Assembly (NCBI GenBank): GCA_016201795.1
Contig: JACQCF010000005.1
Coordinates: 20,896-84,895, forward strand
From: Candidatus Omnitrophota bacterium
GTDB lineage: Bacteria > Omnitrophota > Gorgyraeia > Zapsychrales > Fredricksoniimonadaceae
DNA: 64,000 nucleotides
Direction of reading: 5' to 3'
The notes under the pieces are model-generated. The model did no database searches. It was not told the origin of the DNA and saw only the letters and a program-made list of their open reading frames with translations. The translations under genes and the position numbers were made by a program. Shown piece after piece: positions 1-8,418 of the stretch (position 1 is the stretch's first letter; each line of letters begins with the position of its first letter).

Positions 1-592
1 ACAAAACCGAATCTTTAATGACCCCGTATTTGATGGCCTCCGCTAAGCCGTTGCGAATCTGCCGAAGCTTGAGTGTAGAAAGTACCTTGATGTCGGCAAA
101 TACCGCCTGAGGCTGATAAAACGCACCGACGAGATTTTTACCGTATTTCAAATCAATGGCAGTTTTTCCGCCGATAGCGGAATCAATTTGGGCCAACAGG
201 GTGGTGGGCACTTGAATGTAAGGGACTCCCCTTTTGTAAATGGCGGCCACCAACCCGGCCAAATCACCGACGACTCCCCCGCCTAAAGCGACGATAAAAA
301 TCTTGCGGTTGACATCATAATCGGCAATGCGTTCTATCAAACGTAGCGCACAAGAGGCTGACTTGCTTTGCTCTCCCTCGGGCACGTTAAAAATCTTAAC
401 GCAATATCCCTGCTTGACTAAAGCGGCTGATAGCCTCACACCATGCAAACGCTCAATGGTCGCATGCGAAATGATCACCGCGTCTTTTCCCAGAGGAAAT
501 TTTTTCAAATACTTCGGAATGTCTTTGAAAATATTAGGCCCGATGACAATGGGATATCCATGACTTTTAAGTTTCAGATGAATGGTGGTCAT
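1..592 (-). CDS. aroB: 3-dehydroquinate synthase, N-terminal part (C-terminus lies beyond window start)
   Basis: Reverse-strand translation from ATG at 590-592 gives MTTIHLKL...GGGVVGDLAGLVAAIYKRGVPYIQVPTTLLAQIDSAIGGKTAIDL, the AroB NAD-binding/active-site signature. Start overlaps stop of upstream M50 gene (ATGA). Confidence 0.8.
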   Translation of the reverse strand, partial: MTTIHLKLKSHGYPIVIGPNIFKDIPKYLKKFPLGKDAVIISHATIERLHGVRLSAALVKQGYCVKIFNVPEGEQSKSASCALRLIERIADYDVNRKIFIVALGGGVVGDLAGLVAAIYKRGVPYIQVPTTLLAQIDSAIGGKTAIDLKYGKNLVGAFYQPQAVFADIKVLSTLKLRQIRNGLAEAIKYGVIKDSVL

Positions 593-1197
593 AACTCAAT
601 CCCCAGCCAGTTCGCTAATATCGACATCAAAGGGTATAAAAATTTTAACATACCCATTTGTAAAAGCACTACCACGATGATCAGCCCAAACGGTTCCAGT
701 TTACTATAATAATACGCCAACTGACGGGGCAAAAGCCCCATAACGATGCGTGAGCCATCCAGCGGTGGAATCGGCATCAAGTTAAACACACAGATGACAA
801 TATTAAAAAGTATAGCCCATTGCCACACATGGGACAAAGGCGAAAATATTTGAAGTTTATAAAGCCAGATATAGCCGTAAGCTAAGATCACATTGGTCAG
901 CGGTCCGGCAGTGGCCACCAGTATCATCCCCAGGCGGAGATTTTTAAGCCGCCTGAAATTAACCGGCACTGGTTTGGCCCAGCCGAAAAAAATCGGTGAG
1001 TGAAGTAAAAATAACACACCGGGAACCAAAATACTGCCGATGGGGTCAATGTGTTTGATGGGATTAAGCGTCAGGCGCCCCATGTCTTTGGCCGTAGTAT
1101 CCCCACAACGATAGGCCACCCATCCATGTGCGTATTCATGCAGAATAATGGCCGGCCCCACCGCAAATACCATTAATAAAATAATGTCGAGGATCAT
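589..1197 (-). CDS. M50-family zinc metalloprotease (site-2 protease-like), polytopic membrane protein
   Basis: 202 aa ORF with HEYAHG zinc-binding motif, multiple hydrophobic segments, and LDGSRI-type second motif. Confidence 0.75.
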   Translation of the reverse strand: MILDIILLMVFAVGPAIILHEYAHGWVAYRCGDTTAKDMGRLTLNPIKHIDPIGSILVPGVLFLLHSPIFFGWAKPVPVNFRRLKNLRLGMILVATAGPLTNVILAYGYIWLYKLQIFSPLSHVWQWAILFNIVICVFNLMPIPPLDGSRIVMGLLPRQLAYYYSKLEPFGLIIVVVLLQMGMLKFLYPLMSILANWLGIEL

Positions 1198-1760
1198 GAT
1201 CGTCCTTTGACTTCAAGGGAACCTGGCATCGACGGCGGTTCGCTCTTGGGCTGCGCTGGCAGACGTAAGGGACCTCTGATGAAAGAGGGTTCCACCGTCA
1301 GGGACTTGACGCTCAAAAAATCCTTATAAATCCAACCCACCGCCTCTGCCGGCGGCTCAATTTGGTACCAGCCATTGGTTTGTGCAATGACTTTAACCAG
1401 ATCGCCTTTCTTTAACTGACCGAGGCTTGCCGAATCGCTGTTAGCTCTGGCGCGAATATGGACTTTATCGCCGGTTATTTCAGCCATCAAATGTTGGCGT
1501 ATCTGCAGATAATCGGCCCGAATATAGGCTTGGGCCGTTATCGGCAGCTGTATTTTATACCAATCAAAACTTCTGCCCCAAACCACAATCTCGGCCCCGC
1601 GGTTTATCTTGTCGAGTTTTTCAAAATTCATATTAGCCCCGGCACGGATATTGACCGATGCTTTGCTCACCTGCGCTAAAAAAGGAAAATGCTCATCCGC
1701 ATATCCCAGGGCGCATAGCCCAAACATAAGGACAACAGATAAGCAAATAATTCGAAACAT
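1194..1760 (-). CDS. secreted protein with two bacterial SH3 (SH3b) domains
   Basis: N-terminal signal peptide (MFRIICLSVVLMFGLCALGYA). Two repeats of the SH3_3-like pattern (VNIRAGANMNFEKLDKINRGAEIVVWG...WYKI and IRARANSDSASLGQLKKGDLVKV...WYQI). Confidence 0.5.
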   Translation of the reverse strand: MFRIICLSVVLMFGLCALGYADEHFPFLAQVSKASVNIRAGANMNFEKLDKINRGAEIVVWGRSFDWYKIQLPITAQAYIRADYLQIRQHLMAEITGDKVHIRARANSDSASLGQLKKGDLVKVIAQTNGWYQIEPPAEAVGWIYKDFLSVKSLTVEPSFIRGPLRLPAQPKSEPPSMPGSLEVKGRS

Positions 1761-2086
1761 TATTTCTTGGAGGCGCCAGCGGCAGGTTTACCTGTCGCAG
1801 CAGGTTTACCCGCCGTGGCTGGTTTGGCAGCAGCAGCCGGTTTCTCTGCGCCGGTAGCAGCGCCTGCGGCGGTAGGAGCACCAGCAGCAGCTTCCCCTTC
1901 TCCCTCAGCTTTAACTTTCTTCTTAGCCTTAATGCGGATAATCTTGGTCTTGGGAAGACCGGTCACCGCGCTGTCTTCTTTCCAGAGGCCTTTTTTCATT
2001 AATTCTTTGATGCGTTCAATACGCGTCTGCACTGTACGCTGCGTGGCGCTGGCTTTGTCGATTCTCAGTGATGAATGTAGTGACAT
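1760..2086 (-). CDS. small basic protein with histone-H1-like KPAA/KPAT repeat tail
   Basis: 108 aa ORF. C-terminal half is Ala/Lys/Pro repeats (EKPAAAAKPATAGKPAATGKPAAG) encoded by 18-bp tandem repeats. Start overlaps stop of upstream SPOR gene. Co-oriented with whole gene array. Confidence 0.45.
   Translation of the reverse strand: MSLHSSLRIDKASATQRTVQTRIERIKELMKKGLWKEDSAVTGLPKTKIIRIKAKKKVKAEGEGEAAAGAPTAAGAATGAEKPAAAAKPATAGKPAATGKPAAGASKK
1782..1872. repeat. approximately 5 degenerate 18-bp tandem repeats (GCAGGTTTACC-like cores at 1782, 1800, 1818, 1836, 1850)
   Basis: Direct inspection: period-18 copies GCAGGTTTACC / GCAGGTTTACC / GCTGGTTTGGC / GCCGGTTTCTC / GCCGGTAGCAG. Open in both strands (ORFs 1760-2086 minus and 1767-2099 plus). 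Confidence 0.5.
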
Positions 2087-2694
2087 TAAAATCTCCTGAC
2101 TTGACTGCCTTGATATTTCGCCTGAACTTTCTTGAAGGAGGCATCGGCCTGTGGTTGAGAGCTATATGGCCCGACACAAACCAAATAAAAATCTTTCTTT
2201 TTAATCAGAAAAACCGGATACCCCTTGAGCTTTAATCCCAACGCTTCTTGTTGGGCGTAATTTTCGTTTCTGTAGGTAGCCACCAAAACGGTCCATTTGC
2301 TGCCGGAGGCAACAGCTCTGAGAGTCGTCGCTGGCTGTGTTTTAACGGCTGCTGTCCTTACAGCAAACGTTGCGGTGACGCCAGAAACCAAGGCCGGATG
2401 AATGAAAGCGTTATTATCAGTTGTCGGATTAGGAGCCGCCAGACGGCGGCCTCCCACGTTCCAGGCTGCAGCCACTTTATTATCTAAAGCCTGCGCGGCT
2501 AAACGCTTGCCCTGCTCCACCCCTACAGAGAACGACAAAAGACCAATCATTATAGCCAAAACCACTAAAACCACAAGGCTTTCTGTCGAGAGGGTCAGCG
2601 TCGCTAAAAGGAATTTGGGCTTGTTGACATCTTCCAGGGTTGCGGAGTTAATGGGAAAAAGTTCAAACTGAGGTTCTTTATAATTAATGTTCAT
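2086..2694 (-). CDS. SPOR-domain (septal peptidoglycan-binding) membrane protein, FtsN/DedD-like
   Basis: Single TM segment (LVVLVVLAIMIGLLSF). C-terminal approximately 75 aa matches SPOR fold pattern (WTVLVATYRNENYAQQEALGLKLKGYPVFLIKKKDFYLVCVGPYSS). Confidence 0.6.
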   Translation of the reverse strand: MNINYKEPQFELFPINSATLEDVNKPKFLLATLTLSTESLVVLVVLAIMIGLLSFSVGVEQGKRLAAQALDNKVAAAWNVGGRRLAAPNPTTDNNAFIHPALVSGVTATFAVRTAAVKTQPATTLRAVASGSKWTVLVATYRNENYAQQEALGLKLKGYPVFLIKKKDFYLVCVGPYSSQPQADASFKKVQAKYQGSQVRRF

Positions 2695-2738
2695 AAAATA
2701 ATTCCGTTGGTCTCTTTTTAGAGTAAGACATTATAATT

Positions 2739-3794
2739 CTAGCCCTTGAGCAATGACAAGACATTTCTAAACTTTTTTAGACGAGAAAGACCGAGAAAAA
2801 CCTCGATGATTTTGGGATCGAATTGGCTGCCGCTTTCTTCTTTAAGCTCCAAGAGCGCCTGATCGATCGTTCCTGCTTTGCGATAAGGCCTGGCTTGCAC
2901 CATGGCTTCAAACGCATCGACGACGGCAATAATACGGGCCCCCAACGGTATCTGTTCTTTCTTCAAACCCGACGGATAACCGCCGCCGTCGTAATGTTCA
3001 TGATGATACAGAATAATCGGCAAGATAGGTTTTAAAAACTCGACGGGTTTAATCAGCGCCACACTATGAGCCGTATGTCGACGGATAATTTTAAATTCCT
3101 CGGCCGTCAAAGCACTTTGTTTGGAAAGAATGGCAAACGGCACGTCAATCACACCGATATCATGCAACAGCGACGCATACTCCAGAGACCGCATACCCTC
3201 CTCGCCGATATTCAAATGCATGGCCAGCAGGCGTACCACCCGCATATAAGCCGGGGTGTGGGTCAAAGGATGCGCCTGACGACTGATCAAATTGCCGATG
3301 GATTTGATGCTGCCTAAAATGATCTGCTCCTGCTGCTGATGAAACTGCAGATTTTTAATGGCGGTCACCGCCTGTTCGGCAAACACCGAAAGCATTTGCC
3401 GGTCAAATTCCCCAAAAGCCTCGTTGCTTTTGGGACGGCGGATGAAGATGGCGCCGATATAATCATCGCTAATGAGCGGCAGGCCAAGGGTGTGATGTTC
3501 CAAAACGGAAGCCCCCCGGGTGACCCTGATCACTTCCGGCGGAACATCCTTTAATTCTTTGGGTTTCTGGCGCAGGATGTTGATTTGGTTATCAAAACTG
3601 GCAATGAGATTGATATTCTTCTTTATCGGGTCAATCAAATAGACGCTGGCCGAAGAGGCCCGGATAAACTGGCATAACAGGCGGGTTAATCGAAGCGTCA
3701 ATTCCCCAACGGTAAAGGTGGAGTTGACCAGGCGGTAGACCATGTGCACCGCCGAGAGGATCAAACGATAACGTTTGGAAGCTGGGACATTCAT
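2739..3794 (-). CDS. GAF-domain HD-GYP phosphohydrolase (putative c-di-GMP phosphodiesterase)
   Basis: C-terminal HDIGVIDVP...HHEHYDGGGYP motifs diagnostic of HD-GYP. N-terminal approximately 150 aa GAF-like. Confidence 0.8.
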   Translation of the reverse strand: MNVPASKRYRLILSAVHMVYRLVNSTFTVGELTLRLTRLLCQFIRASSASVYLIDPIKKNINLIASFDNQINILRQKPKELKDVPPEVIRVTRGASVLEHHTLGLPLISDDYIGAIFIRRPKSNEAFGEFDRQMLSVFAEQAVTAIKNLQFHQQQEQIILGSIKSIGNLISRQAHPLTHTPAYMRVVRLLAMHLNIGEEGMRSLEYASLLHDIGVIDVPFAILSKQSALTAEEFKIIRRHTAHSVALIKPVEFLKPILPIILYHHEHYDGGGYPSGLKKEQIPLGARIIAVVDAFEAMVQARPYRKAGTIDQALLELKEESGSQFDPKIIEVFLGLSRLKKFRNVLSLLKG

Positions 3795-4960
3795 ACTTTT
3801 TGGTACGGATCAAACAGCCGTTTGTGCTCATCGAGCGCGAAACGATCCGTCATGGAGGCAATATAATTGCCGATGATTTCATATTTTTGCGCCTCGGAAA
3901 ATTCTTTCTGCCGCGGATACACCTGATAAGGCAATTGTTTGGGGTTTTTGATATACACCTCAAACAAATCTTCAATCACCCGCCGGGCTTTGGTGGTCAT
4001 ACGCTCCACCCGCCAGTGGTGATACAATTTTTCATTGAGCATCTGTTGTAAACAATCGCGCTCAGAGGCCATCTGTTTGGAAAAACCGACGATGGTTTCT
4101 TTACAAATTTTAACATCTTCGGCGGATTGAAAAGAACTTTCGCGCAGCCTTTCGTCGGTGGCGGCCAAAAGGTCTTTGACCTGCATATCGATGAGCTCCT
4201 TGACGATCTGATATTTAAACATCGCCGCATCCGCATCTCTGGCCTCAGGGCCGATTTTTTTAACCGCCTTCTGCCATAGAGGACTTTCCATCAAATCTTC
4301 TTCACCAATACAACCGGCGGTCAAACCATCGTCAATGTCATGATTTAAATAGGCCAGCGAATCGGCAATGTCCACCACCTGCGCCTCCAGGGTGGGGCCT
4401 TCTTTAAATTTGCGGTAAGCGGTGACGCTTAGCGTATCATAAATGGTCTGATGCTTGAGAATCCCCACCAGCACTTCACGGGTTAAATTCAGACCATCAA
4501 AATGCGGATATTTCTTCTCAAATTGAGTGACTATTTCAAAACTGCGCAAATTATGATTAAAGCCTCTGCCGCTGCCGCGACGGACAATCGCATCCAGCGC
4601 CTCTTCCCCGGCGTGACCGAATGGCGGATGACCCAGGTCATGGGCCAGGGCAATAGCCTCGATCAAATCTTCATTCAAACGCAAATTACGGCCGATGGTG
4701 CGGGCCAGTTGCGCCACTTCAATGGTATGCGTTAAACGGGTACGATAATAATCGCCTTCAAAGATCACAAACACTTGAGTTTTATATTCGAGTTTGCGAA
4801 AGGCCTCCGAGTGGACAATGCGGTCGCGGTCGCGCTGATAACAGCTGCGGCCCTCGTGCGGGGGCTCCTCATGCTCGCGCCCGGCCGAGTCTTTGCTTTT
4901 CATGGCATAAGGCGCTAAAATTTTACCTTCTAACTCTTCGATGTCTTTTCTGGTTTGCAT
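3791..4960 (-). CDS. dgt: dGTPase-like deoxynucleoside triphosphate triphosphohydrolase (HD domain)
   Basis: YQRDRDRIVHSEAFRKLEYKTQVF...RTRLTHTIEVAQLAR...HDLGHPPFGH motifs. Start chosen at MQTRK (4958-4960) by alignment of LAPYA N-terminal region. Longer ORF to 4975 also open. Overlaps HIT gene. Confidence 0.8.
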   Translation of the reverse strand: MQTRKDIEELEGKILAPYAMKSKDSAGREHEEPPHEGRSCYQRDRDRIVHSEAFRKLEYKTQVFVIFEGDYYRTRLTHTIEVAQLARTIGRNLRLNEDLIEAIALAHDLGHPPFGHAGEEALDAIVRRGSGRGFNHNLRSFEIVTQFEKKYPHFDGLNLTREVLVGILKHQTIYDTLSVTAYRKFKEGPTLEAQVVDIADSLAYLNHDIDDGLTAGCIGEEDLMESPLWQKAVKKIGPEARDADAAMFKYQIVKELIDMQVKDLLAATDERLRESSFQSAEDVKICKETIVGFSKQMASERDCLQQMLNEKLYHHWRVERMTTKARRVIEDLFEVYIKNPKQLPYQVYPRQKEFSEAQKYEIIGNYIASMTDRFALDEHKRLFDPYQKV

Positions 4961-5447
4961 GGAAATGAGGAGCATCTGTCAATAATTGATAAATAGCTTT
5001 GAGCGACTGAGTAATAATCTTAGTTTGTCCGACCACGGGCATAAAATTATAATCCCCCTTCCAGCGCGGCACCACATGCATATGCACATGCTGGGGGATA
5101 CCAGCACCGGCGCTACGGCCTAAATTGATCCCCACATTAAACCCGTGGGGGTTTAAGACCTTTTGCAAAAGGTCTTTGGTGTTAAGCAGAATCTCCATCA
5201 TCTCTTTGATCTCCTCTTCGCTCAGATCGCTGATATCGTTCACATGGCGGTTGGGTAAAATCAAACAATGGCCGTTGCTGTAAGGGTAAATATTTAAGAC
5301 CGCGTAGGCTAAAGAACTGCGTAAAAAAATGTAATTCTTGGCATCCTTTTTGTCTTTAAGGATGCGGCAAAAAATACAGCCCTTGTGCTGACGGCTGATC
5401 ACTTTGGCAATATAACCTTCGCGCCACGGCGCCCAGAGCCTTTGCAT
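4923..5447 (-). CDS. HIT-family nucleotide hydrolase/phosphorylase
   Basis: Histidine triad HVHMHVVPR and N-terminal CIFCRIL motif. Confidence 0.7.
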   Translation of the reverse strand: MQRLWAPWREGYIAKVISRQHKGCIFCRILKDKKDAKNYIFLRSSLAYAVLNIYPYSNGHCLILPNRHVNDISDLSEEEIKEMMEILLNTKDLLQKVLNPHGFNVGINLGRSAGAGIPQHVHMHVVPRWKGDYNFMPVVGQTKIITQSLKAIYQLLTDAPHFHANQKRHRRVRR

Positions 5448-5526
5448 AAGAAATTATTTTAGCAGAGAATCCCGTCTTGACCAGCAGTTTTCAGGTTAAT
5501 CCCTGAACATGCCGACGGTTCTTTCT

Positions 5527-6003
5527 CTACAATTTAATAATACGCGTTTGGATTTTATCCTTGCGGATTTCGATAAGGCCGTAGGAAAAAAACTTGGCTT
5601 TGACCACATCATTGGGGCTGCCGGGATTAAAATAAATCACCCTGTTCATGGTTTGATTCAAAGCCTGATGGGAATGGCCGAAAATGACAATATCAACCGC
5701 TACGCCTTTAAACTGCTCTTTAGCATTGGCCAAAGCGTCTTTGGTAGGCCTATCGCCGTGATAAACACCAATCTTAACACCTTCGCATTCAAAATATTCT
5801 TTCAGCGGCAGTTTCTTTTTCACCCCGGGATCGCACATATTACCCTGCACCGCCTTGACTTCTTTAATCTTTTGAAAAGTCTTGAGGGTCTCTAAATCAC
5901 ACAAATCACCGGCGTGAATAATCAAATCCGCTTTTGAAAGAGCTTCCAAAAGTTTGACAGGCAAAGGCAAAGAATGGGTGTCAGCAACAACAGCGATTTT
6001 CAT
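5527..6003 (-). CDS. YfcE/MJ0936-type metallophosphoesterase
   Basis: MKIAVVADTHS...HAGDL...GNMC...FGHSH motifs of calcineurin-like phosphoesterases, 158 aa. Start overlaps stop of upstream ATPase (ATGA). Confidence 0.7.
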   Translation of the reverse strand: MKIAVVADTHSLPLPVKLLEALSKADLIIHAGDLCDLETLKTFQKIKEVKAVQGNMCDPGVKKKLPLKEYFECEGVKIGVYHGDRPTKDALANAKEQFKGVAVDIVIFGHSHQALNQTMNRVIYFNPGSPNDVVKAKFFSYGLIEIRKDKIQTRIIKL

Positions 6004-7637
6004 CGGGTCAGATAAGGCTCATCGTATAAATGCATAAGGGTATTAACCTCCCCCTCGTTCCAAATCCACCATTTGTCCTGCAGGGCGCGCACCTTGGCAC
6101 TTTCATCCAAACCGCTTAAGGACACCAACACACAGCGCCCGGGCCGCGGGGATAATTTTTTAATTTCCTGGGCCAAAGCGCTCAAATCATGCTCTAAAAC
6201 GGGATCTTTTTTAAGCACAATCAACCATTGCCCTTCCGAAGAGCTGGCCAAAAGCGCATCCAGAAAATTCCCCGCACCCAAACGCAATTTTAAGGGGGCA
6301 ATATCTTTAAAAGCGGATAATTTATACCTGCGCCCGCCCAGCTCAAAAGCCTCCTCATCGAACTTGTGCAATAAATCCATGATCCTTAACGATAAATCTT
6401 TGCGGGAGACCATCTGAAACTCATTGACGCGTTTGTTGATTTCTTCTTTAAACATCTTGCGGCTTTTGCCCGGCTCCAAATCAATGGCTTTCATCCGGCG
6501 TTGATACACATACTTGATCCAATATTTAAAAAGTTTATCCTTGATGTGATAATAATTGCCGTTTTTCTCGACGATATCCGCCTCTAATAGACTGTTGATC
6601 CGCTGGGTCACCAGAGAGGGTTTAAGGCTTAAATACTGCGCCGCATCTCCGATGCGGTGTTTGCCTTCCGCAAGAGCCACCAGCAAAGAACATAAACTGC
6701 CAGAGGCTTTGCCGCGGCACAGTTCGGTCACCGTCAATTCAAAATGACGGCTGACCACTCCCCAGGGATTAAAAACCAAATTTTCAATCGCCTGGGTGAG
6801 AATCGGGGCATAAATTTCCCCCTGACGATGCAAAGCTGTTAAACAAATCAATTCCTGGCAAAGCATATTGATATACAAAGGATAGCCGCCGGTAAAATCT
6901 GCCAGAAAATTTTTTAAATGCAGGCCGATTTTAATGCCTTCTAAATTATGATCCATGAGTCCCTGGCTGGTGGCTAAATCAAAAGGCGTGATCTCGATGA
7001 TTTCAAAATTGCCGAACAGCAAAGAAAGTTTCTCGGATAAAATGGTTTTGGCCTGGAGCCCGTTGGAGCTGGTGGTGATATACAAACAACTCTTTTGCGT
7101 CATGATGCGTTTGCCCAATTCCACAAACACATTCGTCACGGGAAAGTTTTCCAAATTCTGAAATTCATCCAGAATAAGTACGAGGGACTTTTTCGCTTCC
7201 TGACAGAAAGTCTCCGACAAATTCAACAGGGCGGCATACACCTCATTGCTTTTACCTTCTTTAAATAATGTTTGAATGGATTCTACCGCCGCTGTCGTCG
7301 TGGGAATTAAAGGACGACAAGCCTCGCAAAGCAATTTCAAATCTTCCTGCAGGGGCAAATTTTTCTTTTTTAAGAAATGATATAAAAGCCCTTTACTAAA
7401 CTGCCGGGTAAAATAAGCAAAATCGCGGGATTCCAGATTCAAATAAAGAATCACCACGTCGCGGTCTTCGAAATCAGCCGTAAAGCGCTCCAAGAGAGCG
7501 GTCTTGCCCACATAACGGCTGCCTACAAGAGCTAAATTCTGACGATAGCCGTCTTTAAGCCCCAGCACACGCTTGTTGAGAACATCCAGAATTTGGCGCC
7601 GTCCAAAAAAATTGTAATCAGAATCTGTCAGTGTCAT
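6000..7637 (-). CDS. archaeal-type AAA+ ATPase (Arch_ATPase/COG1672-like) with C-terminal DUF234-like region
   Basis: FFGRRQILDVL...LALVGSRYVGKTALLERF (Walker A), LVLILDEFQ (Walker B), 545 aa. Domain-family assignment from memory of family signatures. Confidence 0.55.
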   Translation of the reverse strand: MTLTDSDYNFFGRRQILDVLNKRVLGLKDGYRQNLALVGSRYVGKTALLERFTADFEDRDVVILYLNLESRDFAYFTRQFSKGLLYHFLKKKNLPLQEDLKLLCEACRPLIPTTTAAVESIQTLFKEGKSNEVYAALLNLSETFCQEAKKSLVLILDEFQNLENFPVTNVFVELGKRIMTQKSCLYITTSSNGLQAKTILSEKLSLLFGNFEIIEITPFDLATSQGLMDHNLEGIKIGLHLKNFLADFTGGYPLYINMLCQELICLTALHRQGEIYAPILTQAIENLVFNPWGVVSRHFELTVTELCRGKASGSLCSLLVALAEGKHRIGDAAQYLSLKPSLVTQRINSLLEADIVEKNGNYYHIKDKLFKYWIKYVYQRRMKAIDLEPGKSRKMFKEEINKRVNEFQMVSRKDLSLRIMDLLHKFDEEAFELGGRRYKLSAFKDIAPLKLRLGAGNFLDALLASSSEGQWLIVLKKDPVLEHDLSALAQEIKKLSPRPGRCVLVSLSGLDESAKVRALQDKWWIWNEGEVNTLMHLYDEPYLTR

Positions 7638-8305
7638 GGTAAATAATACAAAGGATTGGTGGCTTCTTTGCCTCTTCGAATTTCAAAATGTAAAAAACCG
7701 CGGCCAGTCACAGAGCCGGCCTGCGCAATGGCCTCTCCCTTATACACATGATCCCCTAATTTGACCAGCAACTTGCGATTCAAAGCATACACCGAAATAA
7801 AACCGTCGCCGTGATCAATCATCACCGTCTGATTGTAACCGCTCATATAATCGACCAGGACCACCTGGCCTTCACGGGAAGCTTTCACGGTATCAGTGTC
7901 ACCGGCCTCGATGTCAATGCCCCGGTTTGAACCCTCTCCCCGGTGATCTTTAAAATAAGAAAGAATTTTACCTTTCATAGGCCAGGCAAATTCATCTTTA
8001 TTTTTATCCGGGCTGTAAGCGCTGGCCATTTCTTTGACTCCTTTGGCCCCGGGAACAAAAATCAGCTGCCCCACTTCAATGGCGGCCGCATTGGGAATGT
8101 TGTTAACCTCAGTGATATCCTCCACCGCCACCCCATAGGTTCTGGCAATATACCAGAGCGTCTGCCCCTTTTGCACCTTATGATAAATCCCCTGTTTTTT
8201 TTCTGCCGCTTGAGATGGTGCTTCAGGCAAAGGCTTGTACTCCATCGTGGCACAACCAGCGATGAAACCAACAGCTAGAAGAAAGAACAGTAATTTTAAA
8301 TTCAT
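7634..8305 (-). CDS. NlpD-like lipoprotein with LysM and M23 peptidase domains
   Basis: Lipoprotein signal MNLKLLFFLLAVGFIAGC. LysM (YHKVQKGQTLWYIARTYGV). M23 (GIDIEAGDTDTVKASREGQVV...HGDGFISVY...LHFEIR). Start set at 8303-8305 because longer ORF would run through tRNA-Gly. Confidence 0.75.
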   Translation of the reverse strand: MNLKLLFFLLAVGFIAGCATMEYKPLPEAPSQAAEKKQGIYHKVQKGQTLWYIARTYGVAVEDITEVNNIPNAAAIEVGQLIFVPGAKGVKEMASAYSPDKNKDEFAWPMKGKILSYFKDHRGEGSNRGIDIEAGDTDTVKASREGQVVLVDYMSGYNQTVMIDHGDGFISVYALNRKLLVKLGDHVYKGEAIAQAGSVTGRGFLHFEIRRGKEATNPLYYLP

Positions 8306-8347
8306 ATAACACACATCTTTTATAGTAATCCCGCCAAAGGCGGGATC

Positions 8348-8418
8348 AGCGGGGGACGGGAATCGAACCCGCGCAGTCAGCTTGGGAAGCTGAAATTCTA
8401 CCACTGAATTACCCCCGC
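8348..8418 (-). tRNA. tRNA-Gly (anticodon CCC)
   Basis: Minus-strand GCGGGGGTAATTCAGTGGTAGAATTTCAGCTTCCCAAGCTGACTGCGCGGGTTCGATTCCCGTCCCCCGCT folds as cloverleaf. Anticodon loop TTCCCAA. T-loop GGTTCGATTCC. No encoded CCA. Confidence 0.85.

Noticed and set aside
1767-2099. 110-aa plus-strand ORF rich in AAGLP repeats
   Set aside because: Mirror image of the minus-strand KPAA-repeat gene. Every other gene in the window is minus-strand and the minus ORF is translationally coupled to its neighbours. Treated as a shadow ORF created by the GC-rich repeat.
3791-4975. Longer dgt ORF starting at 4975 (MLLISMQ...)
   Set aside because: Alignment of the LAPYA N-terminal block with characterised Dgt-like proteins favours the MQTRK start at 4960. 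The extra five codons only increase the overlap with the HIT gene.
8328-8346. Hairpin after tRNA-Gly as a rho-independent terminator
   Set aside because: The perfect 8-bp stem is not followed by a U-tract on the transcribed strand (UUACUAUAAAAG). It is more consistent with a processing or stability structure, so it is reported only within a finding.
7634-8404. Long form of the NlpD-like ORF starting at 8404
   Set aside because: It would read through tRNA-Gly (8348-8418). The internal Met at 8303-8305 begins a canonical lipoprotein signal peptide with lipobox IAGC.
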